A stretch of DNA of 64,000 bases, from NCBI GenBank assembly GCA_012295275.1, contig CM022665.1, positions 36,580,001 to 36,644,000 on the forward strand. The letters run 5' to 3'. The notes beneath the pieces were generated by a model. That model had not been told where the DNA came from and ran no database searches. It saw nothing but the letters and a program-made list of their open reading frames with translations. The stretch comes from Chrysomallon squamiferum. Taxonomy: Eukaryota; Animalia; Mollusca. The stretch's first letter is position 1. Every line of letters starts with the position of its first letter. The position numbers and the translations under genes are program-made. Below are positions 26,820 to 40,880 of this stretch, piece by piece.

Positions 26820-29463
26820 TTTTACTTTTTAACTGCATACATGCTGAATATATCTCAGAAATCAGTTTACAATCAGTTAATCTTTAATATTAATATTTAT
26901 TTTATTTTATTTTATTTCATATTGTTTTTATTTTTTTATTACCTTTATTTGTTGGTTTGCTGATTAGTTTGTTGTTCGCTCGCTTTTTCGATCTTTTAAA
27001 AAAAAAAAAATTTTTCTTATTATTCTTCTTGTCATTATCTTCATATTATCATCATCATCATCATCAAAATCATCAATATCATCCTAATCATAATCATAAT
27101 CATTATTATTATTATTATTATTATTAACATTATCATTATCATTATTATTATTATCATTATTGTTATGATTATTTTTATTATTATTATTATTACTACTACT
27201 ACTATGGATACTGTTATTGTTAGTCACACGTTGAAATACGCTGGTTTATCACTTGGCTGGTTGTTGTTTGTTGCTGTGTTTACGTTGTATATTTTTATCA
27301 CTGCCGTCACTTCTGTGCTGCTGACGAAGGCTTTGTTTCTGTTTACACGCTCACACTGTTATTTCGCATTTGAAATGCTTTGTACACACACATATTCCAC
27401 AATCCAATAGCCATGACGCGAACAGGCAACGTCTCTCTCTCTCGGTTACCTACACTTTACAATGTAATTGTGTTTGTTTTATTACGTATGTTTTGTATTT
27501 TAAACACTTAACCAGTTTGTTTTTGTTATGACTAAAATGTGACATATGGTCTGTGTGTGTGTGTAATATTATGAGTTACTTATTGTTTATATTGGATTTT
27601 TCTCCTTTTTTTTTTTTTTTTTATACGAACACTTTAGTCATGTAAATTGCATTTAAGCTCGTTGGTTCTGTTACTGGTATAGCGTATTACAATGATGATG
27701 ATGATGATGATGATATTGTTTGTGGATAGTTTTAATACACATTATGATGATGTTATAATAATGATGATAATCATGATAAGGACGATGATGATGATGATGA
27801 CGATTATTACTACTACTACTACTACTACTACGCTGGTGGTTATGTAGAATAAAGATCGTAATAATAATGATGATGATGTCATGGGTGAAGAGGACCATGA
27901 CGTCGACGGTAATTTGGTTATTTTGACTGATAACAACAATCTGAACCACTGGCACGCTTTCGTAACGTAACATTGTGGATTACAAAACCATTACAGAATG
28001 TTTTGTTTGTTGTCCTTTTTTATCCACTGACGCGGCTTTGTTATCTTTTGCTCTTTTTTTTTTTTTTTTCTTTTTAACTGTGTCACAAACGGCATCAGCC
28101 TGGCACTTAACGGCCTTTGATCCGACCGTGTGCTGAGGTGCCGTTACATGCAGCATTTGCGCGTGTTGTATTGTAAACAACTCGCTCTGCGCGCAGCCCC
28201 GTAGACAACTTCAATTAAACATGTGATTTACTACGAAAAGTTTTCATTTTTGTCAAAAGCACTTAAGCTTCTTAACTGATATTTTTTTCAGATGCATCCT
28301 CAATCACCCCATGCTGTTGAATCTCATTTAGGCATGTGAACCAGTTGATCCTAAACTGACTTTTCTCCGTGTGTACCGAATCACACGGCTCGGCAGATTA
28401 CCAGTGGAAAGTTTTATGACTTTCGCTTATGTCTTCACTAAGGCAGAACTCTGAGCGGACAACAACTTTGTGATCAAAGTTATGGAGAGTTCTGTTGATT
28501 AGATAAAAAAAGAAAATGAAAAAATACTAAGTCCATCGAACTATCTCTTTTTTTAATTTATTTCTTGCGATAATTTATTTGTCCGTGTGTATTCGACTGG
28601 AGACTGTTTAAGCAGAGAGATGATTAACGCTTGTTATTAATGCGATTTTTTGTTTTCTGTACCACTCTCGTAGAAATGATTGTGAAATAAAATCCAATAA
28701 CAAAATAAATAAAATATAATATTTTGGTTAAACTATGTAATTCATCCACTACTAAGAAATCTATCTATCTATCATTTAATTTCATTATTCAGCTATCTAT
28801 ACATCAGTATTATTAATACATTAATTAATTAATATATCAACATCAGCAACAATAAAAAATAAAAATATAGCGACATCGCCACCATTTGTTGTTATGTTGA
28901 GCAGTATTACACACACACACACACATACAAATATGTACGTATTGTTATACAAATATATGCATGTGTGTGTGTGTGTGTGATAACGATTATATTATTAATG
29001 AATATTTCAAAATAACAGCAGATGCAGAATGGGCAATAGAAAACAACTAAATAAATAAAAGCAAACTGAGCAGTCTGTCTCACAGATAAACAGTTGGTTT
29101 AAACATACATTTAAAGTTAAACGTATTACTTACGGCCAATAATCTCGAGGTGCTAAAGTTACAACCCCCCCAAAAATCCCATTTCTTTTACATAAAATTT
29201 GGTCTGAGGCGAGAAAAACACAGGAAACTTGATACAATGACATTCCCACAATCGCCATAAAACACGCGTAGACCCTGTAATCAAGAAAAAAGTTGACTTA
29301 GCAAAAGAACGGTTTTAATTAAGACTGGTTTTAAAAGGAAACCCGACTCCTTGGACGCAACTGTCATCTGATATGAGCTAACTGTATGCGCTTGTATTCC
29401 CCAAAGAAGAGCGATTTTCTAGAAGTTTTTCTTTAATGTAGCACATGGCATCAAAAGCAAAAT

Positions 29464-29508
<45 letters not shown>

Positions 29509-29810
29509 TTGAATTTCAGCTTCATTTGCAATTTCTTAAAATAAAGCACCAGGATCACTCATTTCGTCCCTAATTCTCGCATTTGTTAGATAATTTTAGG
29601 TTGTCATCGCCAATATCCGACAATCTCGCCAAAACGGGACTGTACCCGCACAAGTCATGTCTGGGCAAAACGGGCTCGTGACATAAATTTCTGCCGCGCT
29701 AAGAATTTCCGTCCGTCTTCAAGCGCACCTCAGTAATTAAAACGAAAAAGATAATTTTACCACGTCAAACATGACTGAATCCATACAGATGGTTGAGTTG
29801 AGGTTCTTTG

Positions 29811-29824
29811 CCACCAGAGGGCAG
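29811..29824 (+). promoter_or_regulatory. Candidate CTCF binding site
   Basis: CCACCAGAGGGCAG matches the CTCF core consensus CCASYAGRKGGCRS at all 14 positions and lies in a repeat-free island. Confidence 0.55.
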
Positions 29825-30874
29825 GAACTGTCTACCCGTATCAGTGTCGAGATGGTGAATCGATAACGAGGTTATTTTCTTTTTTTACCCTTTTCGTAAA
29901 GTTTATTATATTTAATTGAAAAGTCGCCGAGGCTATAAAGTAATAGTGGGTATTTATCCGTCCTGCATTAATTGGAAGTGTCACATCATCAAATGATAAT
30001 GTTTAACCACACAAACGGCTCCGCTGTTAACTATGGTGCGCAGCAATACACGTGACGCGGTACTTCTTTTCAACTTGAAATCTAAGACGATGAGATTTAT
30101 TTTCGTTTTCTTTGATATACGATCAGATGTCAAAGTAACTACAAATTCGTAAATAAATCTTTTATATATATTATTATTATTTAATCTGCGATGAAGAATT
30201 ATTATGGAGACTAAGTCGACGTTTTAGTACATTTTTTTGTTATTTTTTTTTTTTTTGTTTTTTTTTTTTTTTTTTTTTTTTGTTATTGCAGTTTATGTGC
30301 TTTTTTGTTAACTTTATTTTTATTATTATTTTATTTTATTATTATTATTATTATTATTTTTTTTTTTTTTCTGTCAGGAACCTTTTGTTAAGTTTTTGTT
30401 ATTATTGTTGTTGTTGTAATTCTGGTTCCGTTTTGCTAGTTTTATTGTATAGGATTGTTTTCTCGAGAGTGTTTGTTTTTAATACATATTTGTATTTCAT
30501 TAAATATATCGTATGGGTGAATGCCGACTGTATCAAAACAAACCGTATTGCTAACCACTGAAAAACGAACCTAAAAATGCATGAACCATTTATTCATTTA
30601 AATATTTATTTATTTATTATTTACCTATCTATCAGTTTATTCGTTCAAATAAATTGTTTCTATCTTCCTTTTTTTCCATCGCTATTATTTTTTATGTGAA
30701 AAAAAAGGTTTTAAGCCCTTCAAGTCTAGTTTAAAGTTTCTCTACACAAGTTTTTCAAATTAAAGAAAAGAGAAATGAATGAAAGAAGGTTTAACATCTC
30801 ATCAGATTTTAATAATAAAGTTTCAAACATAAGCAGTATTTTTATATGTAGTATGATATTGCAATCGATTAAAC

Positions 30875-30905
<31 letters not shown>

Positions 30906-31539
30906 TCCACTGAATAGCACTGAAAAATAAAAAAAAAACATAAATAAAATAACGAAACAGTAACAAGGCATGAGTTTTGTTTTTTATTATAATTTTTCTT
31001 CATGTCTTTCATTTCTTCTACTTTCGGTCTGCATTATTATTATTATTGTTTAATATTATGTTTTTTATTATGTTTATATTTATTTTTAATTAATTTATTT
31101 ACTTGTTATTGTTAAAAAAAGCTTTCAATTACAAATTTTTCTTCTTTCTTCCTCTCTTTACCTCTCCCACCTTCTCTCTGACATACATACATAAACATGC
31201 AAATTTTCCCCTCACATTAGTCTCTTTTCATGTCTTTAATCTGCCTGGCTTTCATTCGTCTTTGTATCCGCTTTTTTCTCTTCTTCTTTTTTTAAATTTT
31301 TTTTTTTTGTAATACTTTAATTATATTATTATTTAATTTTTTTTTCCTGTTTTGGTCAGCCTGTGAACAACCGCAAATTGTTGCCAGACTAAAACACGTA
31401 ACGAGACAGAAAAACCCGAAATATTTTCTTCCATCCCACCTCCGTGATATTTACAATAACTGTTCCTGCTCACTAATTAAATTAAATCGTTAGCTGAAGA
31501 TCAAATGATATCGAGATCACAGTTTGAATTTCTTTTAGT

Positions 31540-31935
31540 CGAATCGCGGCAAATCCTCCTTCGTGCCGCCATCACAAGCCGAACGACATCCGGAAGTGTT
31601 CCGGAAATACGGCATCCACGAAAAAAGCCGAGCGAAAAGGATCTCGCCATTCATGCCACTGATGGATCGTGTGGATGAAAATAAAATTACCAGTTAGTCC
31701 AGATAATCGCTTCATCCTGACTACAGTGTTTGCCTAATGGAAGCACAGATTCGATTTGTACGATTGTCAAGGGACGGTTGTCCCGGTTAGGGATCGATAC
31801 GGAAGATTGGCGCCAATTCCCAGAACAAGCACGAGGCTGGCAGACGGAGTTTCTGGGAGTGCGAATTCGTATCCAGTTTCATGACTACTTTCTTGTAGTC
31901 TGGCGTCTTGTTCTTCTTCTTGCGAAGGGCTAAGA
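31540..31935. promoter_or_regulatory. CpG-rich island with tandem ETS sites and a GGCGCC palindrome
   Basis: CCGGAAGT at 31590-31597 and CCGGAAAT at 31601-31608, 11 bp apart. ATTGGCGCCAAT at 31806-31817. Confidence 0.35.
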
Positions 31936-32180
31936 CAAATAGAAGTTTATAGATTTTTCCAGCAGAATCGGTTATAGACATGATGCATGCGTTGTAGTAG
32001 GCTCATCAAACTATTTATTGTATCTATGTAATTTATACTGATCACGTCTGAATTGACAAATTTATTGAAGCTACTTTAGTTAAGAAACTTAGAATGTAAT
32101 TTATTTTGAATAGCCGGATAAAGAGAATCAGCACTACCAAAATGTTTACATTTTACTTAATATTATTGCAATAAAAATCC

Positions 32181-32239
<59 letters not shown>

Positions 32240-33189
32240 TATTTAATATACATCTTAAACTTTTTAATTTTGGGTGTTTCTTGATTTTCTTTTTCTCCAT
32301 CGTGTTTCGGCAGTTCTCACCACTCTTGTATTCTCTCTACTTTCTTATTTTTCAGTCATTTTAACTACAATATATACAATTATGTTAATCACTATCTATT
32401 TCATTAAACAACATTTAGTCATTGAAATATTTCTAATACGTGTGCCCAGACTGACCAGCATGATTGTCTTTCATAATTTGTCAGCATTTGATTTTTTTTT
32501 TTTTTTTTTGTTCTTTTTTTATATAAAACATTTAGGCAATGCAACTTTAAATGCTGTTTTAATGTAGAGAAATCGACAACTTAACTTCATAAAGTCTGGC
32601 ATGGTGGCTTTTAAATTGGCGGATGGGTCAGTGAAGTCATTGAAATACATTTAATAGTGTTTTGAACTCTCCGCGCCGACAGACTTAGTGCCCGGGCAAT
32701 GTGGGACAGGGAAGCGGTGCTGGGTTACATGTTTTCGTTATTAGAGACCCGCACCCACGAGACACGGTAATTGGGTTTGGGCAGGAAACATTTTGGAGCT
32801 TGGAAACGTGCATGCATCACTCAAATTTGTCCTGCCAGACAGTCACTTGAGGGAGAGCTGTTTTAAATGACTTTTAACGAACTCGAAAATGTCCAGGGGC
32901 TTTCGTCTCAGCTAGCTGTTTTGCAATAAAATAAATGGTATGTAATTTGTAAATTGTATTGTTATTATTGTCCGTTGTCATGTTCGCTGTGTTTTTGTTA
33001 CAACGATGTCATGTTCTGTTGGATTGTTGTACTTTTAAGGGAGACAAGAAGAAGAAGAAGAAGAAGAAGAAACCCGTTCAAGAAAAGAAAAGATAAAAAT
33101 AATGAATCATTTTGCGAAATTAAAATATTTTATTACACAAATGAATATGATAACAAAAGGAAAGGATCTTAACATTATAATGTGTGTCT

Positions 33190-33409
<220 letters not shown>

Positions 33410-34017
33410 CCTTGATATCCCTCTATCAAAAGAACAATATGGATGAGAGTTGCTTCAGGTACACAATTTAATGTGGAAGCAAGTTTTGAATTTCTCGCAC
33501 ACAAACACAGACACGCGCACTCAAGACAGCATTTCCACTGCAGATCTGCGGTTCAGTTTCTTGCAGACAGTTGTACACATTTCGCTGCTGTCGCCGAATC
33601 GATGACGCCAAGAATGAACCTGTATGTCTGGGAATTAATTAATGAAAAAATAATCACATCTGACTGAGATTTTAATCAGATTTTTCGTTGTCACTGATGA
33701 TAATGATTGGCGGTAAGGCTTAGAGGCAAATACAGCAAGGTTATACCTGTCTGAATTACCACCGTGATGTGCTCGTGCACAAAGGCGAAAGACATCTCCA
33801 TCAGTTAAAATTAATAAACGAGTAAAATGTGCTATGACTTTGTACCCGCAGAAACTACTCCGTGAAAGTACAGATTTTCTTTTTGTTATGTTTCCATTGT
33901 CTTCAGTCGCTGTACTTAGTAAATATCTCTGTTTACAAGTTTTAATTTTTTTCTTTCATATTGCTACGATTGTTCTTGTAGTATTATTTGTATAAAAGTT
34001 TCTGTAACAATTTATTC

Positions 34018-34052
<35 letters not shown>

Positions 34053-35064
34053 TTGATATTTTCATAGGTTTTACTGAATTAAAATTTGAAGCATTCTAAT
34101 TAAGCAAGAATGGATTTATCCTTTTTTTTTTAAATATATGTATATAATCAAACAAAAAAAAAGTCACCCCCCCCATCCCTAACAAAGAAAGCGATAATAA
34201 CTATAAATACTCAAGATACCATTAAATAGTGAACGAATAAAAGCTCTACAACATTTTTAGGAAGAAAAACACACACACACACACACACAAACACACACAA
34301 TAAAACAAATAAGGAGAAAGATAATTAAAGAGGAAGTCAGCTACAACAGTCAAAACGAAAAAGTGCATTCTCAGTCACAGACAGTAAATTTCATTTTCAT
34401 TCAGTAGTCTTGAAAGTTGAGGGTAATATCTTTTAAATATCACTGGTCATCCCATATCGTCATCGATCATTCGTCTGGCGCCGACATCACGTGACCTAAC
34501 CGAGCAAACGAAGAGGATCCTAATCAACAGAAACCCATACAAGCGAAAGCAATTTCTCGTTGAACGTCCATCATTAATTATTGGATGTGTTTAACAGAAG
34601 CGAATGGTTCCAGAGGAAACCCTAGAGAACTCAGTCGTTTTGAGAAATTATTACAGTCGCCGGCGATTTTTTAAAGCTTTCTTCATCGATGTATTTCAGC
34701 AGCTAAGCTTGATGACGAGTTTATGATTTGGTACGTCTTACGGGTCGAAGTCCTTTTCGTATTTTTTTGTTTCCGATTCAGCGAGTTGTTAGTAGTTCTT
34801 AGAAACGTACGTGGAAGACGTGGAGTTATTGAAGAAGATTCAGAGAGTGGAAGCTCTCATGCAGAGTGTAACTTATTTTTTTTTTTTTTTTTTTTTTGGT
34901 CATAAATATTTCACTTTGCTTCGTTATTTTCTTTTTTTAAGTAGGAAAGAAACAAACAAGAAAAAAAAAAGCATTATTTCTAATGCAGACACGCTTCACA
35001 TTACTGTTAATGTGCTGAACATATAGTTTTCTGTCTTCAGGGTGAAGGTTGAATCTGTAATAAA

Positions 35065-35113
35065 AGTAGTAGTAATAGTAGTAGTGGCTGTAGTAGTAGT
35101 TGTAGTAGTTGTT

Positions 35114-35211
<98 letters not shown>

Positions 35212-35230
35212 AGTAACAGTAGTAGTAGTA
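35065..35230. repeat. (GTA)n/(GTT)n microsatellite
   Basis: Directly visible. It generates the poly-V/poly-T pseudo-ORFs. Confidence 0.98.
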
Positions 35231-35693
35231 TTTGTATGTCTCAGAATGGGTATGTAAGTATTTCTGTGAGCACCTCTCAAGTTACATCTTAATTGTTTAT
35301 TTTGTATTATTTCTTTCACTATCATAATTCATCTCTATCTTTCTCTCCCTCTCACTCTTTTTCTTCCGATCATGCTCTCTCTCTCTCTCTCTCTCTGTCG
35401 CTCGCTCTCTCTCTCTCTCAGACACACGCACTCACACACACACACAGACACACACACTCACATGCACATACAGACAGTCTCTGGCGCTCGTGATATCTTT
35501 CTATTTCTCTCTCCCTAGCTCTTCCTTATCCTCTCTGACTGTGAGAAACTCTTTTTCCTTGTTCTACTTCTTTTTATTAGTTTTATTTTCTGCACTAAAA
35601 CGAAGGATAAAAACTACAGCTTAGCCTGTAATTATGCAAATGTATCAAAACGTGCCAACTGTGTAATTTGTATTAGTTGGGCAACAGAAAGAG

Positions 35694-35742
<49 letters not shown>

Positions 35743-36842
35743 TGCAATAAATCTTCTAGCAAGCAGTAATTAGTTCCACGGGCTGTTTTTCCAGTCGGAA
35801 TACTTGTTTATTTATTTTTTATATCACTGAGTTCATTACTGACATTTCTTTTTTCTTACCCTCCGCATACCAAAAATACAACATGCGTAAGTATGTATAA
35901 ATATAAAAGCACATGCGGAGAATGACTTGTATACAGTATGTAAAGATATGCGTGACTGTAAACAAACAAACAGAAATATATACGCACTTACAGGCGAACC
36001 ATTAATTTATCGTTTAAAAGCTTACTCTACCAGTAACAGTTAACATCACCGTAAACACAGGTAACAACTGACGCCTATTCAGACTTCATTTAAAGATTAC
36101 GACTTCAGTAGTAATTGACTTAACTGCAAACGTACTTAACTGTTCCCTGTAACATTATTATAGCTCGTTGATATTTTACAATCCCAGTAACGATTAACGT
36201 AATTAGAAATACACATGATTATTGTCGCATAGACACATGCATTGTTTGAAAGATGACCATTCCAGTAATAATTAACATCATTACAAATGCACACGTTCGT
36301 GCACGCGTACGCACGCACTCATACACATAAAAAAAAAAAAAAAAAAAAAAAAATTACCACTCCAGTATTAATTAACATTGCCCTAAGTTTATTTCCATTT
36401 TTAAATCATTTGTTTAACACATACATGTAAAAACAACAACAAAACACAAAAAGCACGCTTAATGAGTATTATTGTTATTTTTTTTATTATTTGACAAAAA
36501 ATATAATAATAAAGGTTAATAAAACATTACTTTGTTCGGTCGAGCCTCTTCTATTGATTTCCCAAACCACGTGGGGAAAGAAAAACATGCCGACAAGTCT
36601 AGTATCGAACAATGGACGAACGCGCCTGACACATTACTGTGATAAAAAAATGTGCCGTCTATGCTGGCACTCAACGCGATATTGCATGCGCCCACCTCGC
36701 GCCATGAAATTAATACGCAGGTAAGTAAACAACGCTTCCAGCGGACAAGAAATTCGCACGAAATCCAGCGAGTTCATTGTGTCTGTCGACGTAGAGTCGT
36801 GCGTTCCGTACTGCGCTAAATGTTAAAAGGTTATCAGCGGCG

Positions 36843-36843
<1 letters not shown>

Positions 36844-36932
<89 letters not shown>
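36844..36932. repeat. (TA)n-(GT)n microsatellite
   Basis: Directly visible. Confidence 0.98.
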
Positions 36933-36933
<1 letters not shown>

Positions 36934-37002
36934 TTGTAAAACCAGTGAAGGATAGGAGAATACATTTTTTCTTGTCTTTTCTTTTTTCTTTCTTTTTCTT
37001 TA

Positions 37003-37053
<51 letters not shown>

Positions 37054-39599
37054 AATAAATAAATAAAGATCACCGAAAGAAGGGGACTAGAAAATGTAGT
37101 AAACAAATATCGTGGCATTATCGAATTTTCACTACTAACATATTGTTTTTAACCAGTACATAAAAGAAATGAATTTCAGTCAAATATTTATGATGAACTA
37201 TGAAAATTAAAAATCTTGGACAAGAGGACTGCCGTTATTAAAAATTAAGAAATTTTTAATGTTCTGTGTCTGTTAAATACTAGCTTTAAACTCAGTGTAT
37301 AGTGAAATAAACACTATCTGAATGTTAATACATGTATCAAAGTCACGTGTTCTTTTTTTTTTTTTTTTCTCTTTATCATAATCATCATTATATTCATTAT
37401 TATCATTATTATTATTATTACCACTATATTATTGTTTTTATTATTATTACTATTGTTATTATTAGTAGTAGCAGTAGTAGTATTATTAGTATTATTTAAT
37501 ATATATATATATATATATATAAAACCGACAGAAAAATCATTGTATAGTATCTTAGACTTTTAAATAATTTATATCATACTCATGTGTGTACGTATGTGTT
37601 TGTATGTATGTATGTATCTGTGTCTGTCTTGTGTACGTACGTGTGTATGCATGTACGTATGTTAACGTATATATTATATATGTGTGTGTATATGTATGTA
37701 TATGTATGTATATATGTACGTATGTATGTGTATGTGTATATATCTACGTATCTACATAAAATGTGTTTTACCAAACATTAATTTCATTAAAATAATATTT
37801 TAAGTGAACTAAATAAAAAATACATTAGCATCTGTTACACGTTCCATTCAATAAAATCCCTAAACCATCGCCGGCATCATGAATCATAGAAGCTGTTTTA
37901 TATATGACTGTCAAAACTGTCTTAGCTATAAAACATTTAGCTGTTTATTAATTGTCTCAGGTTACCAAGAGCTGGCTTTTTTCTTCTTCATATCTCAAAT
38001 GGCCATCAGTTCAACAATAAAATGTATATTTCTCGGTTTGTGCGCGGATTAGGAAAGACATGACAAGTCCATTTGAGGCTCTGTTAGCCCGAATGGTCAA
38101 TTCCGTTTGCAGACGTGAACTTTGACTTAAGTCTGTTTATTTAATTATATTCATTTCACAATCAGTATTTTTATTTATGACCGGAGCTGTTGAAAGGATT
38201 TTGAGAAATTATAGCTATTTCGTTCATTCGTTCGTTTTATTTGTTTTATTATTTATTTTTTGCTTAGCCTTTTGTTTGTTTGTTTGTTTTGAGGATTTTC
38301 TGTTGTTTTATTTGTTTTTTTCGAATGTTCAGTTATGTATTATTTATTTATTTATTTATTTATTACATTAGTACTCTTTTTTTTTATTACTAACTTCGTC
38401 ATTTAATATTTAATTATTATTTTGTTGTTGTGTTATTTTCTCTCTCCCATACATATATACACACAGATAGTCACACACACAAACACACACACACGCACAC
38501 ACGCACACACACACACACACACACCTATTTCGTTTAAAAACAAAGGAACAAGACGCGAGTGTCTAAACGTCCACTTATTTACATTACACGTCATACAGGC
38601 AGTTATTAATAACTCTGCAGTACGTTGCAGAACGCACACGCTGTTGTGTAAACGGGCGTTTTTATACTTCATGACACATAAATATTTTTTTCCCTTCTTT
38701 TTGAAGCTGTAGTATCAAACAGCCAAGTTCTTTTAAAGTTAAAATAAAAAGTGTTTTAACTATTGGAGAATATAAAACATTTTATTAAACGTACTCAGCC
38801 CAGTAACAACATGTGTGTGTTTAAATGCCCACCCAACTACAATCTGTGTCTTCAAATGTCCGGCCCCATCACAATCTGTGTTGATTTAAATACCAGCTGA
38901 CATAACATGTTAATGGAGTGACATAATAAATCACAGGTAGTCCATGCTTTACTCCTATGACGTAAAACACAACGATCTTTGAATGTGTATGTATCTGCGT
39001 CACTGTGATGTAATATTCTGATTTAAATAAATACTATTTAACAAAAACATGTATAAGTATGGATGTTATTAAATAAATATATGTATCACATGGTTGAGAA
39101 AGACTGGATAACAAGTGTATTTGTAATTACAATACGAAACCATTTTATACTAAACAAATTAGATGACTCTGTAACAACCAACCGAAGTGACTTTGTACTG
39201 TTTATTCAGTGTCACTTTAATATAATCAACTGTGAGAAAACCGAGTGATGTGATTTTCCAGTATCCTCGTGCAGTGGCTTAGTGTTAACTACTTTACATT
39301 TTTTGGTTCAGTAATTTCCACGCGTATACTTTCATTGTCTGCTGAAGTCATTGAAAAACGTACATTTTAAGTTTAAAAAAATACGTCAACAGTTTTCATC
39401 ATTGTTATCGTTGTTAATTTTGTCAGATCTGAGCCATATACATACGTACATATACATACATACAAACATATATGTGTATGTATACATACACACACATACA
39501 TACACACCTACATACATACATTAATTCGAACTAAACTCTCGCTATTTAAAAGCCGTGTACTCGTTTTTTAAAGATATTTTATTTCCAAGTCAAGTGTTA

Positions 39600-40880
39600 T
39601 GTTCGCTCTTGTCAAGTAGCAAACAAACATAACAGAGGTTATATAAACAACATCCAGGAGCCTGGTCGCCGGCAACCAAGAATCTAATTGTGTACTAAAT
39701 CAGCGAAACGAATTTGGTCCACCCCACATACATTTACCCAGAAAACGAGGTTTTCTTTCGGTGAGAAAAAGATCATTATGTTGTCCCCGTTCTTCTTCCT
39801 TTCTTCGTTTATATCGCGCTTGCGTGAGGTCTTTCGTAGACGTCAAGTCTTACCGATACCTTTATTTACTGGAGTCAGCGTCGGGTGGAAGTTTTGATAG
39901 AAATACGCTCGAAGGCAGCCATTTCATTGACAAAGATCGTACACAGGAGATAGCGGAGGAACACAATGGTCCGTGGCCCTTTTGCAGCCAGCCGTGCGGA
40001 AGGCAAATTATCTCTGAGACAGTTTTACTAATAGTTTTGATTTCGGAAGCTCAAGGAGTAATTCAAGAAAATTGACAAGTGACAGTTTACATAATGAGAT
40101 GGTATTCTGAGGCAAGACGTTCACAGTAGCCTCGGGAGGAAACTGCGAACTACGCATGCGTTAAGTCTGCTGCTGAACTGATACTTGAATAAATTATCTA
40201 CCTTCGTCGGGATAGCAGAAAGAAACAGTGTGATTGTAGGGTCGCAGAAAAAGAGGGTTGATTTTACTTTCTCACCCTTGGTTGACTCAGTTATTTGTCG
40301 TTTATTGAGTGAAATTTTCTATTTGTCCATTCCAAACCTCTGGGCATTGCCCTATTTGCTTTGTTGTTATCATTTGGTGGACACGACCAACACTTGTCCA
40401 ATGAGATACTTACGTCACACCCTGTCGTCTGCCGCCAAACGATTCAAGTGTTTTCTCGTCTGCTTCAGTCTATTAAAAGCAGACGTCAAGTGGACAACGA
40501 GAACTGTCGCCTTTCACAACAATTAGCCTTTTCACCGCAGACGACAGCGTTTAAACTCTGCAGCTACTGTCCTGTCATTCACCACGACGGGGTGGCATAA
40601 TTGTGCTGACTCGTCGGAGACGTGACCGACTGCTCCCATCTCGTCCACCTTGATGTACCAGGTTTTATTGCGAGCGTCACGTACCCCGGGATGGAACATA
40701 ATTCTCCATTGTCGTGTAATTGGCTGTGATATAATTTATTGACGCTGATGTTAAAAAACCGTTCACGTCTTTCCTCCGACTTTAATTTCTGCTAAGCATG
40801 AAACTAAATGCAGTCGCGTGTTCGTCTCATACGGATTCAGAAATGATCTGGGTTCGTATCCCAGTTCTTCCTCTGTCTGC
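39600..40880. promoter_or_regulatory. Large SSR-free CpG-rich island; promoter or enhancer candidate
   Basis: TATATAAA at 39640-39647, RFX X-box-like GTCGCCGGCAAC at 39665-39676, NRF1-like palindrome ACGCATGCGT at 40152-40161. Many CpGs and no credible ORF. Confidence 0.4.
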
